DNA of 64,000 nucleotides, taken from assembly GCA_964405245.1 (NCBI GenBank), contig CAYONE010000003.1:8244-72243 (forward strand), written 5' to 3'. Positions 1-10,800 of the stretch are shown here, piece by piece. The stretch comes from an uncultured Paludibacter sp. (GTDB taxonomy: Bacteria > Bacteroidota > Bacteroidia > Bacteroidales > Paludibacteraceae). The first letter of the stretch is position 1; each line of letters begins with the position of its first letter. Made by a program: the position numbers and the translations under genes. The notes below the pieces were generated by a model that was not told the DNA's origin, ran no database searches, and was given only the letters and a program-made list of their open reading frames with translations.

Positions 1-2841
1 TGTTGAGAAATTTACAGTTATATTTCCTTCGCCTGATAAACGTTTGATTGTAGCATAACAAGCATAAACTCCCGAGGTTTCAGGAACAGTATCGGCTGTT
101 AATGTTAATTCAAGCTGAGGCACATCATCATCATTGATAGTACAAATTACTTCGCCCGAGACAAAACCTCCTGAGCTGATTGTTAGTTTCACATCTTCTG
201 TCAGTTCCGGAGTTTTATCATTGAAAACATACACCGGAATAGTTACAACCGAATCGTTTGCCGGAATTGTAGCAGCATTTACAAACTGCCATTGAGTTGG
301 TCGGTTTGTTGACAACACAACCTGAAGAGGCATATTTGTAACCAGATTTCTTGAAATTCTGAGCGATAATGTATCCCCTTCGTTAGCTACTGTTTTATTA
401 AGTTTTGCTTTGAGGACGGTTGCTTCATTGTCGAGAATCTGAAGATTTGCCGAGTCTGCACGATGTGCTGTTGCCGTAACTTTAATCTTTACATTACGCG
501 GACCTTCAACAATAGTATTATCAATAGCCGTAAGATTGAAAATTGCCGATGAAGCATTGGCATTGATAGTTACACTTGCAGGGATATTTATTTGTCCGCC
601 GGGCATATTTGTAATTGTTACCGGTAAATCAGCTGCGAAATCACCGCTACGCGTTACCACACATCGCACTTCGGCAGTAGAACCTTCCGAAAGTGAATTT
701 GTGGCTACGCTTAGGAAAAGCCGATTAACTGTGGTAACGGAACTTGCAGATAAAGCAGTATTATTGGCTGCCGTACCTGTGAATTCAACTAACGAAGCTG
801 ATGGAATTAGCGATACTTCAATTTTAGCATTGCCCGAGAACCGAAGAACATCAGGAATTCTGAATCTGAAACTTCTGTTTATAGTCTGGTTAACAGGCAA
901 ATCTGCTGTACTTACGGGATATGGATTCAACAAAATCCGCTGTCCGTTATCAGGTACAAGCGTAATTCTTTCGCTCCAACCACCAAGTGCATTGGCATTT
1001 CCTATATTTTCAACTTTCCAGTTTACAGTTAGCGAATCGCCAGGAATAAGTTGCGAGCCAACTGTACCGATATCTTTAACTTTTATATCAGGGAATGGTT
1101 TGAGCACAACAGTGATAGAATCGGCAAACCTGCGTTGATTGTTATTTTCGTTCAACTCTGCCAATTCATTGTAAAGATCGGTACGCACGAAAATATAGTA
1201 TTTTCCATTGTATTCTGTTGGCATCCCGATGGTATAAGTTTGCGTGTAAGTTTCGTTAACAGCTAATTGTCTCAAATTGTATTTTGCCATCAACTGCGTT
1301 TTACTTCCATTTGCCGACGAGTCGGTGGAAATGTAAACCATATCGCGCCAAAGTGTGGCTCCCGTACTTTCCTGCCCTTGATTTTTTACGGTAAAAGTTA
1401 CATCGAACTGACTTCCTGAAAGAATATTTTTCGAAGTCTGAACATCGGTAACCACCAAATCGGGGAAGTTTCGTACCGTAAACGACTGAATATTACTTTC
1501 CAGCGATGAACAATCATTTATCGAAGCAATTTTCCACTTATAGGTTTTACCCGGAATCAAATCGGATAACCAGGTGCTTGTTCCGTAAATATACGACCGT
1601 GACGGACTTGCAGGCATAGTAGCGCCATCTTCCCAGAGGAAAAGATTATAATAGCGCACATTTACAGCAGGTTGCCAGTAAAGATTCAGCGAAGGATTCT
1701 GATTAACCGCGCCGTTTTCAGGCAATAAACCCGTTACTTTTGTGGTTGGCTGACATTGCACTCCTACCGTTCCGGAATAAACGAATGCTTTTAAATTCTC
1801 ATTCATCAAAACATTCTGGAAATTTACCGTATGTGTGCCTGTGTTTACAGCTTTTAAAGCTACCCGGCACAAAATTCCATTTCCTGAAAGTGGAGTTGAT
1901 GTAGCAAACGAAATTTTCACCAGTGTTCCTTCTCCATTGCTTTGTAGCGAAACGGGATAATCAACCGCTTCGATCAGTGATTTTGTTCCCTGAAGGTTTC
2001 CGTTAAATGTCAACTCGAAACTGCCAGAATAAACCTGCGTTCCGGGGGCAATTTCAATTTTTATGGGCAAATAAAATGTATCTCCGGGTAATGCTCCGGT
2101 GGGTTGTATGCTTAATTTTACTCCTCTTACATCAATTACTCCGGTAGTATAAGCCACATTAGCTTTTGCATCGGTAACCGAAATTTTGGTTGTTCCGGGC
2201 GAAACACCTTTAACCAAACCTGTAGTTGGATTTACGGTTGCAATGGCGTTGTTCATACTTCCGTACGTATAAGGAGCAGTTCCGCTGCCCGAATTCATTT
2301 GTACCGTTTGTCCTACATAAATTTCGGCATTGTCGGGCCAGATATCCGGGAATGGCATTGCTGTGGCATTTATATAACCACGATTATATGTTAAGGCAGG
2401 ATCGCCTTCATTCAACATCGAAAGTGATGAATTCCAGTCAATATAAGTTCCACCGGCTCTGATGGAGCGAAAGCGAAAGTAAATAAAACCGCCTTTGCCA
2501 CTTAATGCAGTTGATCCTGCACCGGCAATAACAACTGTTCCGGCCGATGTTGCATTTACAGTAGGTGCTCCCCAGTTTTTGAGAATTGAACCTATCGAGT
2601 CGATTCCGATAAATTCGTTGTAGGATGAATTATAAGTAATGCCGAATTTATAGGCATAAATATTTCGTCCTGTTAGCATCGAATCGACATTCAGCACTAC
2701 CTGAAAAGTATCTTTTTCGACTACCGTTTTGTTTGGTACACTAAATCTTATAGCCTGAGCTAACGCGTTGGAGGAAAAAATGCCTCCGAATGTTATCATC
2801 AGAAAACAGGATATAATGTAGAATTTATTTAGTTTTTTCAT
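1..2841 (-). CDS. Large secreted scaffoldin-like protein, truncated at the window edge: signal peptide, cohesin-like x2, Ig (Big_2-like), FN3-like, CARDB x2, Calx-beta-like repeats
   Basis: Not in the ORF track because it runs off the edge. Manual translation from ATG 2841 gives MKKLNKFYIISCFLMITFGGIFSSNALA/QAIRFSVPNKTVVEKDTFQVVLNV; spot-checked lines contain no in-frame stop. Cohesin-like 1 at ~2404-2751 (..YAYKFGITYN..GTVVIAGAGSTALSGKGGFIYFRFRS). Cohesin-like 2 at ~1795-2121 (GALPGDTFYLPIKIEI..SGSFELTFN..LSGNGILCRVALKA). CARDB motifs FPDLVVTDV..VTFTVKNQG..ELNENNN and FPDIKV..VNWKVENIG. Confidence 0.85.
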   Translation of the reverse strand, partial: MKKLNKFYIISCFLMITFGGIFSSNALAQAIRFSVPNKTVVEKDTFQVVLNVDSMLTGRNIYAYKFGITYNSSYNEFIGIDSIGSILKNWGAPTVNATSAGTVVIAGAGSTALSGKGGFIYFRFRSIRAGGTYIDWNSSLSMLNEGDPALTYNRGYINATAMPFPDIWPDNAEIYVGQTVQMNSGSGTAPYTYGSMNNAIATVNPTTGLVKGVSPGTTKISVTDAKANVAYTTGVIDVRGVKLSIQPTGALPGDTFYLPIKIEIAPGTQVYSGSFELTFNGNLQGTKSLIEAVDYPVSLQSNGEGTLVKISFATSTPLSGNGILCRVALKAVNTGTHTVNFQNVLMNENLKAFVYSGTVGVQCQPTTKVTGLLPENGAVNQNPSLNLYWQPAVNVRYYNLFLWEDGATMPASPSRSYIYGTSTWLSDLIPGKTYKWKIASINDCSSLESNIQSFTVRNFPDLVVTDVQTSKNILSGSQFDVTFTVKNQGQESTGATLWRDMVYISTDSSANGSKTQLMAKYNLRQLAVNETYTQTYTIGMPTEYNGKYYIFVRTDLYNELAELNENNNQRRFADSITVVLKPFPDIKVKDIGTVGSQLIPGDSLTVNWKVENIGNANALGGWSERITLVPDNGQRILLNPYPVSTADLPVNQTINRSFRFRIPDVLRFSGNAKIEVSLIPSASLVEFTGTAANNTALSASSVTTVNRLFLSVATNSLSEGSTAEVRCVVTRSGDFAADLPVTITNMPGGQINIPASVTINANASSAIFNLTAIDNTIVEGPRNVKIKVTATAHRADSANLQILDNEATVLKAKLNKTVANEGDTLSLRISRNLVTNMPLQVVLSTNRPTQWQFVNAATIPANDSVVTIPVYVFNDKTPELTEDVKLTISSGGFVSGEVICTINDDDVPQLELTLTADTVPETSGVYACYATIKRLSGEGNITVNFST

Positions 2842-2901
2842 TGGTCTGATTGTTTAATGTTGAAACTTAAGAAAATTAAATTCGTAAGAAATCATCCTGT
2901 T

Positions 2902-5900
2902 TTAATTCCGGTTGATTACAAGTTTTTCAGAATAGTTTTTACTTCCGGCATTTATCTGAATAAGATAAACTCCATTCTGTAAATTACCCAATTCGGCAAA
3001 AGGAATGTGAATATTTTTTATTGAACCAAAAGTGTTCCGGTAAATACTTCTTCCTGAAACATCAGCAATATTTATTGCAATGTCATTTTCTCCCGATTGT
3101 AAGTTCAATTCAATTCTTATTTCATTTTTGGTTACATAAGTTTTAAATAATTTATTGTCGAATAAATTACCGAGGCTGCTGATAATTCTTGATTGAACAG
3201 TAACTGGTACTATAGGATTGGTTAAAACATCTTCGTTGGCAACTGCATTATTTACACTGATTTCGGATTCGCTGATAGCTGAATTCTTAAGTTTGAATGT
3301 CAGATAAACAATACCGTTTGTTAAATCGAGATCGTAAGCGGATGCCAAGGAGAGATTCAGATAACCACCTGTAGTATTTTCTGAATTTGCAAACGTAATA
3401 TTGCTGTTCAGATTTGCTGTACTTACTTTTGTTAAGCTCAAATGTTCGGCATTGAATGCCAGTTGCAAATCGAGTGATTTCACTCCCGAACCGGAACTTA
3501 ACTGAACCGGAACAATAAATTCACCCTTTTCAACCGCCGGTATTATAGTTCCAAACAGTATATCAGCGCTTACTACTGCCGGAGCATTCATCCTAATCAA
3601 CGAAGGATTCGGAGTAAATGTAAGAATTAATCCAACATTATACTGCAAAATTTGTGAAGCATCGTAAGCAGTAATAGCTCCATTGCGGGTAATATCAGCT
3701 ACCTTTTGTTGTGTTGGAGTTAGCGTGATATTGGAAACAAGATGCTGCAAAATAAGCGATGCATCGTAAGCTGTAATTGTTCCGTTTAAACTTACATCTC
3801 CCAATTCGGCTTTACCCATAAATGTTTTAAACGGTGTAAAGTTTACATAATCCGAAACACGCGAGCCGGTTCCTGTAGGATTTGTAGAATGTCTTGGTCC
3901 TGTATTCGAATTGTAGAAGCAATTTGAAGCTGTAACCGTTGTAGCAGAGTTTTTATTCCAAACAGCGTAGCCGTTGTTATATTCCGTATCAATAAAATCG
4001 CAATCGGAAATAGTTGGTAAGGATGTGTTGAGACACATTATGCCATGATAACCTTTTTCGAATCTGATATTTTGTAAAGTTGGCGAAGCATTATCGCATG
4101 TAACTGCACCGCGAGAATCAGGATAAGATCCCCATTTGAAAATAGCATTTTTTATAACACAATTCTCATCAATTGATTCGTTGAGGAAATAAACTCCTTG
4201 CCATGCATAATTCCATGGTGCATTAGCTGTTCCGTTATTATATGTATCTCCGCCGTAAAAATCATCTCTGGCTGATGTAAACACAATAACGCTGTCAGTA
4301 GAACTTCCACCGTTGGCAATCAAGCCATTTTGCACATTCATATACCCGTAATCTTCAAATTTCAGAACAACACCGGGTTCAACTGTTAACTTAGCTGATG
4401 AACCTATAGTATAGTTTCTGAAAATATATGGGATATTATTGATCCCACCGAAAGCGCGTTTTGGCAGATACGCATCCTGTGTGAGTGTTTCATCATTCAC
4501 TCGAATTCCTCTTCCGGTACTGCCTGTCATAACATTACCCACAGTTGACGAAGGATAAGTGAGTAGCGAAGTATTGAAAGGATAACTTACATTGGTAAAA
4601 ACACAGTTGTTGATTGCCGGAGCGCTGTTACCTGCCAATGATATGGCTATTTGGTTGATGTTTTCAAATTTACAGTTGCGTATGGTTGGAGAGGCATTAT
4701 TTAATTGTATTGGAACAGTTGTTGAATATTTGAAAATTGCATTTTCAATCACGCTCGAATCATTTGAAGCATCATAAAATACAAAATATCCACCATTTTG
4801 ATTATAACCTGCCTGCCCGTTTTGTTGTCCATCTTTCGGATTTCCAAATGCATCGTCTTCGGGGGTGGTAAATATTACAGGATTATCGGGCGTTCCCAAA
4901 ATATTTAATTTCCCGTTGATATTCCATCTTCCTCGACCTTTAAATGTAAGTCCGGCAGGAATGGTTAATTGTTCATTAACTGTAAGTGCGTCATCAAACC
5001 AACCATAAGTAATCGGATTATAGCCGGCAAAACTTCTTTTAGGAACTGTTCCACCAACAACTCCGGGTTTTAATTTTATTGCAATGTTTGCTACGTTTGC
5101 AAGTGTAATGTTATCACCAAAATTGGGATTGGCAAACATATCCATATATACAGGTTCCCTATTGATATTTGAAATAACAGTATTTTTAATTTCCGGATTG
5201 GCATCGCCGAAAATGGCAATACCGCATCGGGATGAGAAATTAATTTTTACTGAATCAACCAAGACTTTACAACTCGAAATTCCTATAGGTGCATTTGAAT
5301 TATTTCCATCTACATAACCATCTCCTGCATAGCGTATTTCACAATTTTTCAGCACATTATCAGCATCGCTCGAAGTGCTGCTGAAGCAAATTCCTTTCCA
5401 GTCATCGTAACCCGGAACTGAACCTGTTCCGTTATTGTTGGCATCGCCGCCGGCAGAGTCATCCTGAATAGATGTAAAAATAATTTTATCGGTTTTTGTA
5501 CCGACTGCTCTAAGTCCACCATTAACCAGGATTCCCTGATTCCAGTAGTTGTGGAATTTAATAACTACTCCCGGTTCTATGGTAACTAAATTTCCCTGAG
5601 CGATAGTAAACGGACTTGTAAGAATGTAAGGCAGATTGGTGTATCCCGCAAAATTCATTTTCTTCAGAGTAGGTGAATCATTGGTTACGTTGCCATCGAG
5701 TAAAATGCCAATATAACCCATATTTGAAACCGTATTACCCGTCAAATCAGGGGTTCCGGTACTTAATGTATAGCCGATGGTGTATTTTGGCATATTTACA
5801 AAACTGTTATTGGTAATTTTTGCGTTCTTTGTAAATAAAACTCCGTTATGGGAATTTTTTATCTCGCAATTATTTACTACGTTGGAGTTTTTAAGATAAA

Positions 5901-7422
5901 TTGCCCAGTTGTCTGCATTATATCCACCATAAAGGATTTTACACTTTTCAAGTCGGGATTCTTCGGTGCTGTAAAGATAAATTCTACCGGCATTACTAAC
6001 TCCCGGAGTTTGTGTCCCATCATTTTGAGAATCGAGCGGATTCCCAAAATTATCATCGCCTAAATGTGTAAAAACAATGGGTTCAGCATCAGTGCCAATG
6101 GCGGTTATTTTTCCGTTCCCGATTAATTGAGAATAATAATAGCGCCATTTAATAACCACACCCGGGTCGATTATCAGACTGGCTGTATCGTGAACTGTAA
6201 CATTATTATATAAGCAATATGAAATGTTATCGATTCCTGCAAAGTTCAACTTTTTCAATCGTACATTTTTTTTGGTAAGTGTGCTTTCCCTGATACGTAC
6301 AGCTCTTATTTCGGCAGCATTAAACTGGATTGAATCGTTAACAAACTCAGGAGTTGCGTTAATATCCATTGTTATATTGCGCGCTTCCTGATTTGCGGTA
6401 ATAGTTGGACGGAAAACCGTGTTTGAAATTACCGGAGCACTTGCCCCTTCGAGACTTAAATTCCATGAGTTGCCTTTAAACAAACAACTGTCAACAGTAA
6501 TTGAAGCGTTTATAATGCGCATAGCCGGATACCATTCGTAATCGTAAGTTGCATTTTGAAATACACAATTTCTAAAAACAGTTGCAGTATCGTTTGTGCC
6601 ATCATTCATCCATAAACCTACCCAGTAACTGGCAGTTGGGTATTTGTCAAAAACTATCGGATTGTTTTTTGTACCTAATGCTTTTAATTTTCCTGCCCTT
6701 ACTTCAATTCGGGTATGCTGCATTTGAATGTTTACTCCCGGATCAATTGTCCAGTTAGCTCCAGCATTTAAATAAATATTATTGTCGTTAAAATACGGCA
6801 ATCCAAAGTTTTTCAGCCTCCATTCCTGACTGAAATCAGCAAAATCGATGTCAACGTAATTATAGGCATTGTTGGTGAAAGTAAGATTACTACCCGGATT
6901 TATAACACCTGCGCCATAATATGTGATGGGAAAATTGGTGTTGGAAACTGTGGTATTATCAATATTCAAAGTTCCCAAATTGCTGATACGGATTGTTCCG
7001 CTCAAATTATTAACAATACAATTATTCAGAGTTAATTGTCCCTTACGTACGTATAAATGACTTGCGTATTCGTAAGTGCAATTGGTGAGATTTACATTTC
7101 CGGTTTCATAATATTCATACGAAACATAAATGCCATCCCAAAAACCTTTGGTAACACCTGCATTTCCTGTAAATTTTGTTCCTGTGGCATTCAAAGTTCC
7201 GCGTACATGCAGATAACAGCCCTGATTAAATTTTACCTCAACACCATTTTCAATTGTAAGCGTAATTCCGGGATTTACCTCAATACTATTCTTAACGATG
7301 TAAGGACTGCCGGCTGCCGACCATGTTGTGTTTGAACTTACCGAACCGGTAATGTCGGTTGCATTTGCACTGAAAATAAATATTCCAAGTGCAAGTAACT
7401 GAAGGAATAATCTTTTTTTCAT
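2902..7422 (-). CDS. T9SS-secreted repeated parallel beta-helix protein with dockerin, cohesin-like domain and CTD (1506 aa)
   Basis: Start moved from 7497 to MKKRLFLQLLALGIFIFSANA (signal peptide). Six repeats of G-x-L-x-A-x-GT..PIVF..W-x-GI, typical of pectin-lyase-like beta-helix proteins. Duplicated dockerin GDVSLNGTITAYDASLILQH..ADITRNGAITAYDASQILQY at ~3631-3804. Cohesin-like EFIVPVQL..VKSLDLQLAFN..IVYLTFKLK at ~3220-3545. CTD-like end DVSGR..GVYLIQINAGSKNYSEKLVIN. Confidence 0.88.
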   Translation of the reverse strand: MKKRLFLQLLALGIFIFSANATDITGSVSSNTTWSAAGSPYIVKNSIEVNPGITLTIENGVEVKFNQGCYLHVRGTLNATGTKFTGNAGVTKGFWDGIYVSYEYYETGNVNLTNCTYEYASHLYVRKGQLTLNNCIVNNLSGTIRISNLGTLNIDNTTVSNTNFPITYYGAGVINPGSNLTFTNNAYNYVDIDFADFSQEWRLKNFGLPYFNDNNIYLNAGANWTIDPGVNIQMQHTRIEVRAGKLKALGTKNNPIVFDKYPTASYWVGLWMNDGTNDTATVFRNCVFQNATYDYEWYPAMRIINASITVDSCLFKGNSWNLSLEGASAPVISNTVFRPTITANQEARNITMDINATPEFVNDSIQFNAAEIRAVRIRESTLTKKNVRLKKLNFAGIDNISYCLYNNVTVHDTASLIIDPGVVIKWRYYYSQLIGNGKITAIGTDAEPIVFTHLGDDNFGNPLDSQNDGTQTPGVSNAGRIYLYSTEESRLEKCKILYGGYNADNWAIYLKNSNVVNNCEIKNSHNGVLFTKNAKITNNSFVNMPKYTIGYTLSTGTPDLTGNTVSNMGYIGILLDGNVTNDSPTLKKMNFAGYTNLPYILTSPFTIAQGNLVTIEPGVVIKFHNYWNQGILVNGGLRAVGTKTDKIIFTSIQDDSAGGDANNNGTGSVPGYDDWKGICFSSTSSDADNVLKNCEIRYAGDGYVDGNNSNAPIGISSCKVLVDSVKINFSSRCGIAIFGDANPEIKNTVISNINREPVYMDMFANPNFGDNITLANVANIAIKLKPGVVGGTVPKRSFAGYNPITYGWFDDALTVNEQLTIPAGLTFKGRGRWNINGKLNILGTPDNPVIFTTPEDDAFGNPKDGQQNGQAGYNQNGGYFVFYDASNDSSVIENAIFKYSTTVPIQLNNASPTIRNCKFENINQIAISLAGNSAPAINNCVFTNVSYPFNTSLLTYPSSTVGNVMTGSTGRGIRVNDETLTQDAYLPKRAFGGINNIPYIFRNYTIGSSAKLTVEPGVVLKFEDYGYMNVQNGLIANGGSSTDSVIVFTSARDDFYGGDTYNNGTANAPWNYAWQGVYFLNESIDENCVIKNAIFKWGSYPDSRGAVTCDNASPTLQNIRFEKGYHGIMCLNTSLPTISDCDFIDTEYNNGYAVWNKNSATTVTASNCFYNSNTGPRHSTNPTGTGSRVSDYVNFTPFKTFMGKAELGDVSLNGTITAYDASLILQHLVSNITLTPTQQKVADITRNGAITAYDASQILQYNVGLILTFTPNPSLIRMNAPAVVSADILFGTIIPAVEKGEFIVPVQLSSGSGVKSLDLQLAFNAEHLSLTKVSTANLNSNITFANSENTTGGYLNLSLASAYDLDLTNGIVYLTFKLKNSAISESEISVNNAVANEDVLTNPIVPVTVQSRIISSLGNLFDNKLFKTYVTKNEIRIELNLQSGENDIAINIADVSGRSIYRNTFGSIKNIHIPFAELGNLQNGVYLIQINAGSKNYSEKLVINRN

Positions 7423-7639
7423 TGTATCAGAAATTTTAAATTTGTTTACTGAAATAGGGATTAGAGAGCAATAAAAAGCAGGTAAATTAACGAACAATTT
7501 AATTCATTAAAGATTGTTCTATTATTATCGAACAGCAAAAAAATAAAAAGGTTTACGTAAAAGAAAAATTTAACACAAATTCAGTTAGTTCAGTTTTTAC
7601 TCAATAAAACTAACCTAAACTTTATTTTGAATAGATTTA

Positions 7640-7647
7640 CAAAATTA
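7640..7647 (-). promoter_or_regulatory. Candidate Bacteroidetes -7 promoter box (TAATTTTG) for the cohesin-dockerin genes
   Basis: caaaatta on + reads TAATTTTG on -, about 220 nt upstream of ATG 7422. The AT-rich context makes chance matches possible. Confidence 0.4.
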
Positions 7648-7777
7648 AATCAATATTTAGATTATTGTATTCCAAATGAAAGATTTTTTTTTGGAAATTT
7701 TCGGAAAACTATACTGATAATATATTTGATGAGTAATGATTTTTTATAAAAAACAGAAAACTAAACTCGGCAAAATA

Positions 7778-7807
7778 AAAAAAGATGCCTTTTGTAGCAT
7801 CTTTTTT
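7778..7807 (-). terminator. Intrinsic terminator after HTCS
   Basis: aaaaaagatgc-N8-gcatctttttt inverted repeat with A/T tails just past the stop at 7815. Confidence 0.8.
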
Positions 7808-7814
7808 AAAAAGT

Positions 7815-10800
7815 TTAAACCTGTTTTTTGGCTCGTTTATTTTCCTGAAACTCTTTGGGTGTCATTCCATATTCGGCTTTGAAACAGCGACTAAAGTATT
7901 TGGGGTCGTTAAAGCCCACTGCAAAAGCAATTTCAGAAATATTTCCGGTATTATTGGTGAGCATTTGAACAGCATGTTTCAGGCGCACATTACGTATAAA
8001 TTCTCCCGGCGATAATCCTGTAAGTGATTTGAGTTTACGGTGAAGTGTGGATTTTGATGTAGCCATATCCATTGCAAACTGATCAAAATCGAAAAGTTCG
8101 TCGGAGAGTTTAGCTTCCACTTTGGCTATAGCCTGTTTCAGGAAAACCTCATCAACTGAACAGTATTCCATTTCAGAGATATTAATGTCGGGATTTTTCC
8201 TGAAGCTTTCAGTTTTTTGAATTTTTTTGCTTATAAGATTGTTCACACGGGCATTCAGCAATCCAAGTTCAAATGGTTTGGCGATATAAGCATCTGCACC
8301 GGCATTGTAACAATCGATACGATCCTCAACAGAATTTTTTGCCGTAAGCATTAAAATGGAAATATGACTGGTAACTAAATCGTTTTTCACAATTTTACAA
8401 AGTGTTAAACCATCCATTTCAGGCATCATCACATCAGATATAATAATATCAATTTCCTTTTCTCTAATAATCTGAAGCGCCTGAATTCCATTTCCGGCTG
8501 TAAAAACCGTGAACTTTTCGGCAAAGTTATCAGCAATGATATTGTTCAGTTCCTGATTATCTTCAACAACCAGCACCGACAAAGATCGGTTATCCATGCT
8601 TTTTTCCTTTTCAACAATTTCTTCCATTGATTTTTCAGCTCCTGAAAGCATTTCTACTTCATCGTCTGGCGCTTTTTCTTCTCTTGTATAAGCATCTTCC
8701 GAAATCGGGATTTCAAAGGTAAACACCGAACCTTCTCCGGGTTGACTTTTAGCGCTGATAAATCCTTTGTGTATCTGAAGTAAATCGCTTGTGAGCGAAA
8801 GGCCGATACCATGGCTTTGGCTCATATCTGAATTGCTGCTTATATAAAAACGCTTGAAAATATGGGGCAATTCAGCTTCTGAAATTCCTATACCGCTATC
8901 GGAAACCGAAAGGCGCATAAAAATACTATCATGTCGGGGTACAAAACTAATTTTAAGTGCAATTGAACCGCCTTTTGGAGTATATTTAAAAGCGTTTGTG
9001 AGCAAATTGTAAATTATTTTATCCAATTTGTCAGGATCGAACCATGCCTGATACGATTCATACTCAACATCGATGGTGAAATTTATTTCCTTCTCGTTGA
9101 TTTGAAGTTTAAATCCCGACTGACATATAGTGCGTACAAACGAAATAACATCATCCTTTACCACTTTTAGCTTCATGTTGCCCGACTCTGTTTTGCGGAA
9201 AACAAGAATTTGCTTGATAAGTCGTTTGAGCCTTACCACATTTTCTTTCATTACATCAAATTGTGGTTCGAAACCTTTAATTTGATTTTGAAGCCGTTCA
9301 ATTTGTAACATTATTACGGTTAAAGGTGTGAGTAACTCGTGTGAGATGTTTGTGAAATATCGCAACTTTATCTGCGCGAGTTCTTCTGTTTTCTTTTTAT
9401 CTATTTGAGAAATTTTCAGCTCATTGCGCAAATGAATTCGGTTGTAAACAGTTCGGGTTATAATCACAATAACATAAAAACCTATAATCAGATAAATAAG
9501 AAAAGCCCACCAGGTTCGGTACCATGGAGGTAAAACCCGTAAGCCAATTGTGGTTACATCACTGCTCCAGGTACCATCTTGGTTGGTTGCCTTCACGCTG
9601 AACGTGTAACTTCCTGGAGGCAGGTTGGCGTAATTCACAAATCGGCGCGACGATGCCGCTACAATCCAGTCTTTATCAACATCGGATAATTTATATGCGT
9701 ACTGTATAATTGCCGATGGGAAATTCAGCGATGAAAATTCAAAACTGATATTATTCTGATTGTATTTTACAAAAAAACGCCCATTCTTTTCGTCGAAACA
9801 CTTATTATCTTCAAAATCAAACACGGATTTATTCTGAATCATAATATCGGTAACCGATACTTTCTGCTCTTTTAATTCGGTTCCCGATTTCGGTTCTTCT
9901 AAAGTATTAAAAGCGCAAATTCCTTTGTTTCCGCCAAACATTACCATGCCCGAACGGGTAAGAATACTTGCATCGCGATAGTATGAAGTTATAAGCAAAC
10001 CATCGTTTTTGGTAAAATAAGTTGCGGTATGTTTTTCAGGATTGAACCGAATAATTTTTTTAATAGTCGAAATCCAGAGAATTCCGTTGCTATCAGCAGT
10101 CATATCCATAATTCCTTCCTCTGTAATACCGTATAATCCACTTATGTCTATAGCTTTACGTTCATTTGTATTATACCTGAACAAACAACCTTCGCGAGTG
10201 CCGATATAAGTATCACCCTTAGGAGTTGAGCAAACACTCTGCACGTTTACACTGCGGAAATTATCAATTTTAAGCGGTACAGACGTTATAAAGTAAATAT
10301 TCCGGCGATTGACAATTTTTTGAGATGCATAAAATACACCCTCTTTAGCTGTGCCAAACCATATATTCTTATGTTTATCTTCAGTAAATGAATTCACAAA
10401 AGAATAATTACGACTAAAAAGTCTCGATTTTCCACCTTTGGGTTTCAAATAAATTCCTGAATTAGCACCTATCCAGATATTTCCTTTTGAATCTTCAAAA
10501 AGCGCATGAATCGCATTTTCCTGCCTGTTGTATTCATCGATAACGAATTTTGATTCTCCAATAAGCATTCCGTCAGGACCATAAGCACAAATGTTAACTT
10601 CATCTTCGCCTTCGAGCGCGTACAAAAGTTTGTTAGTCTGTTTTATATGAGTAAGCGCGCTTATGCTTGCCTGTTTTGATAAAACTGAAGTAAGTAAACG
10701 TACACTTTTGCCGGTTTCCGGATAAAATCTGAATAAACCTATACGATTTATGCTGATATAAATCTGTCCCTGTTCGTTTTCGGTAAGGTGAGTAACATAA

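Noticed and set aside
536..2462. Plus-strand ORFs 536-1138, 1051-1266 and 2226-2462
   Set aside because: Antisense shadows of the long minus-strand cohesin/CARDB gene; no recognisable motifs.
1..7422. Calling the cohesin-dockerin locus a true cellulosome
   Set aside because: No GH48/GH9/GH5 or CBM3 signature is visible in the window; only the assembly modules are supported.
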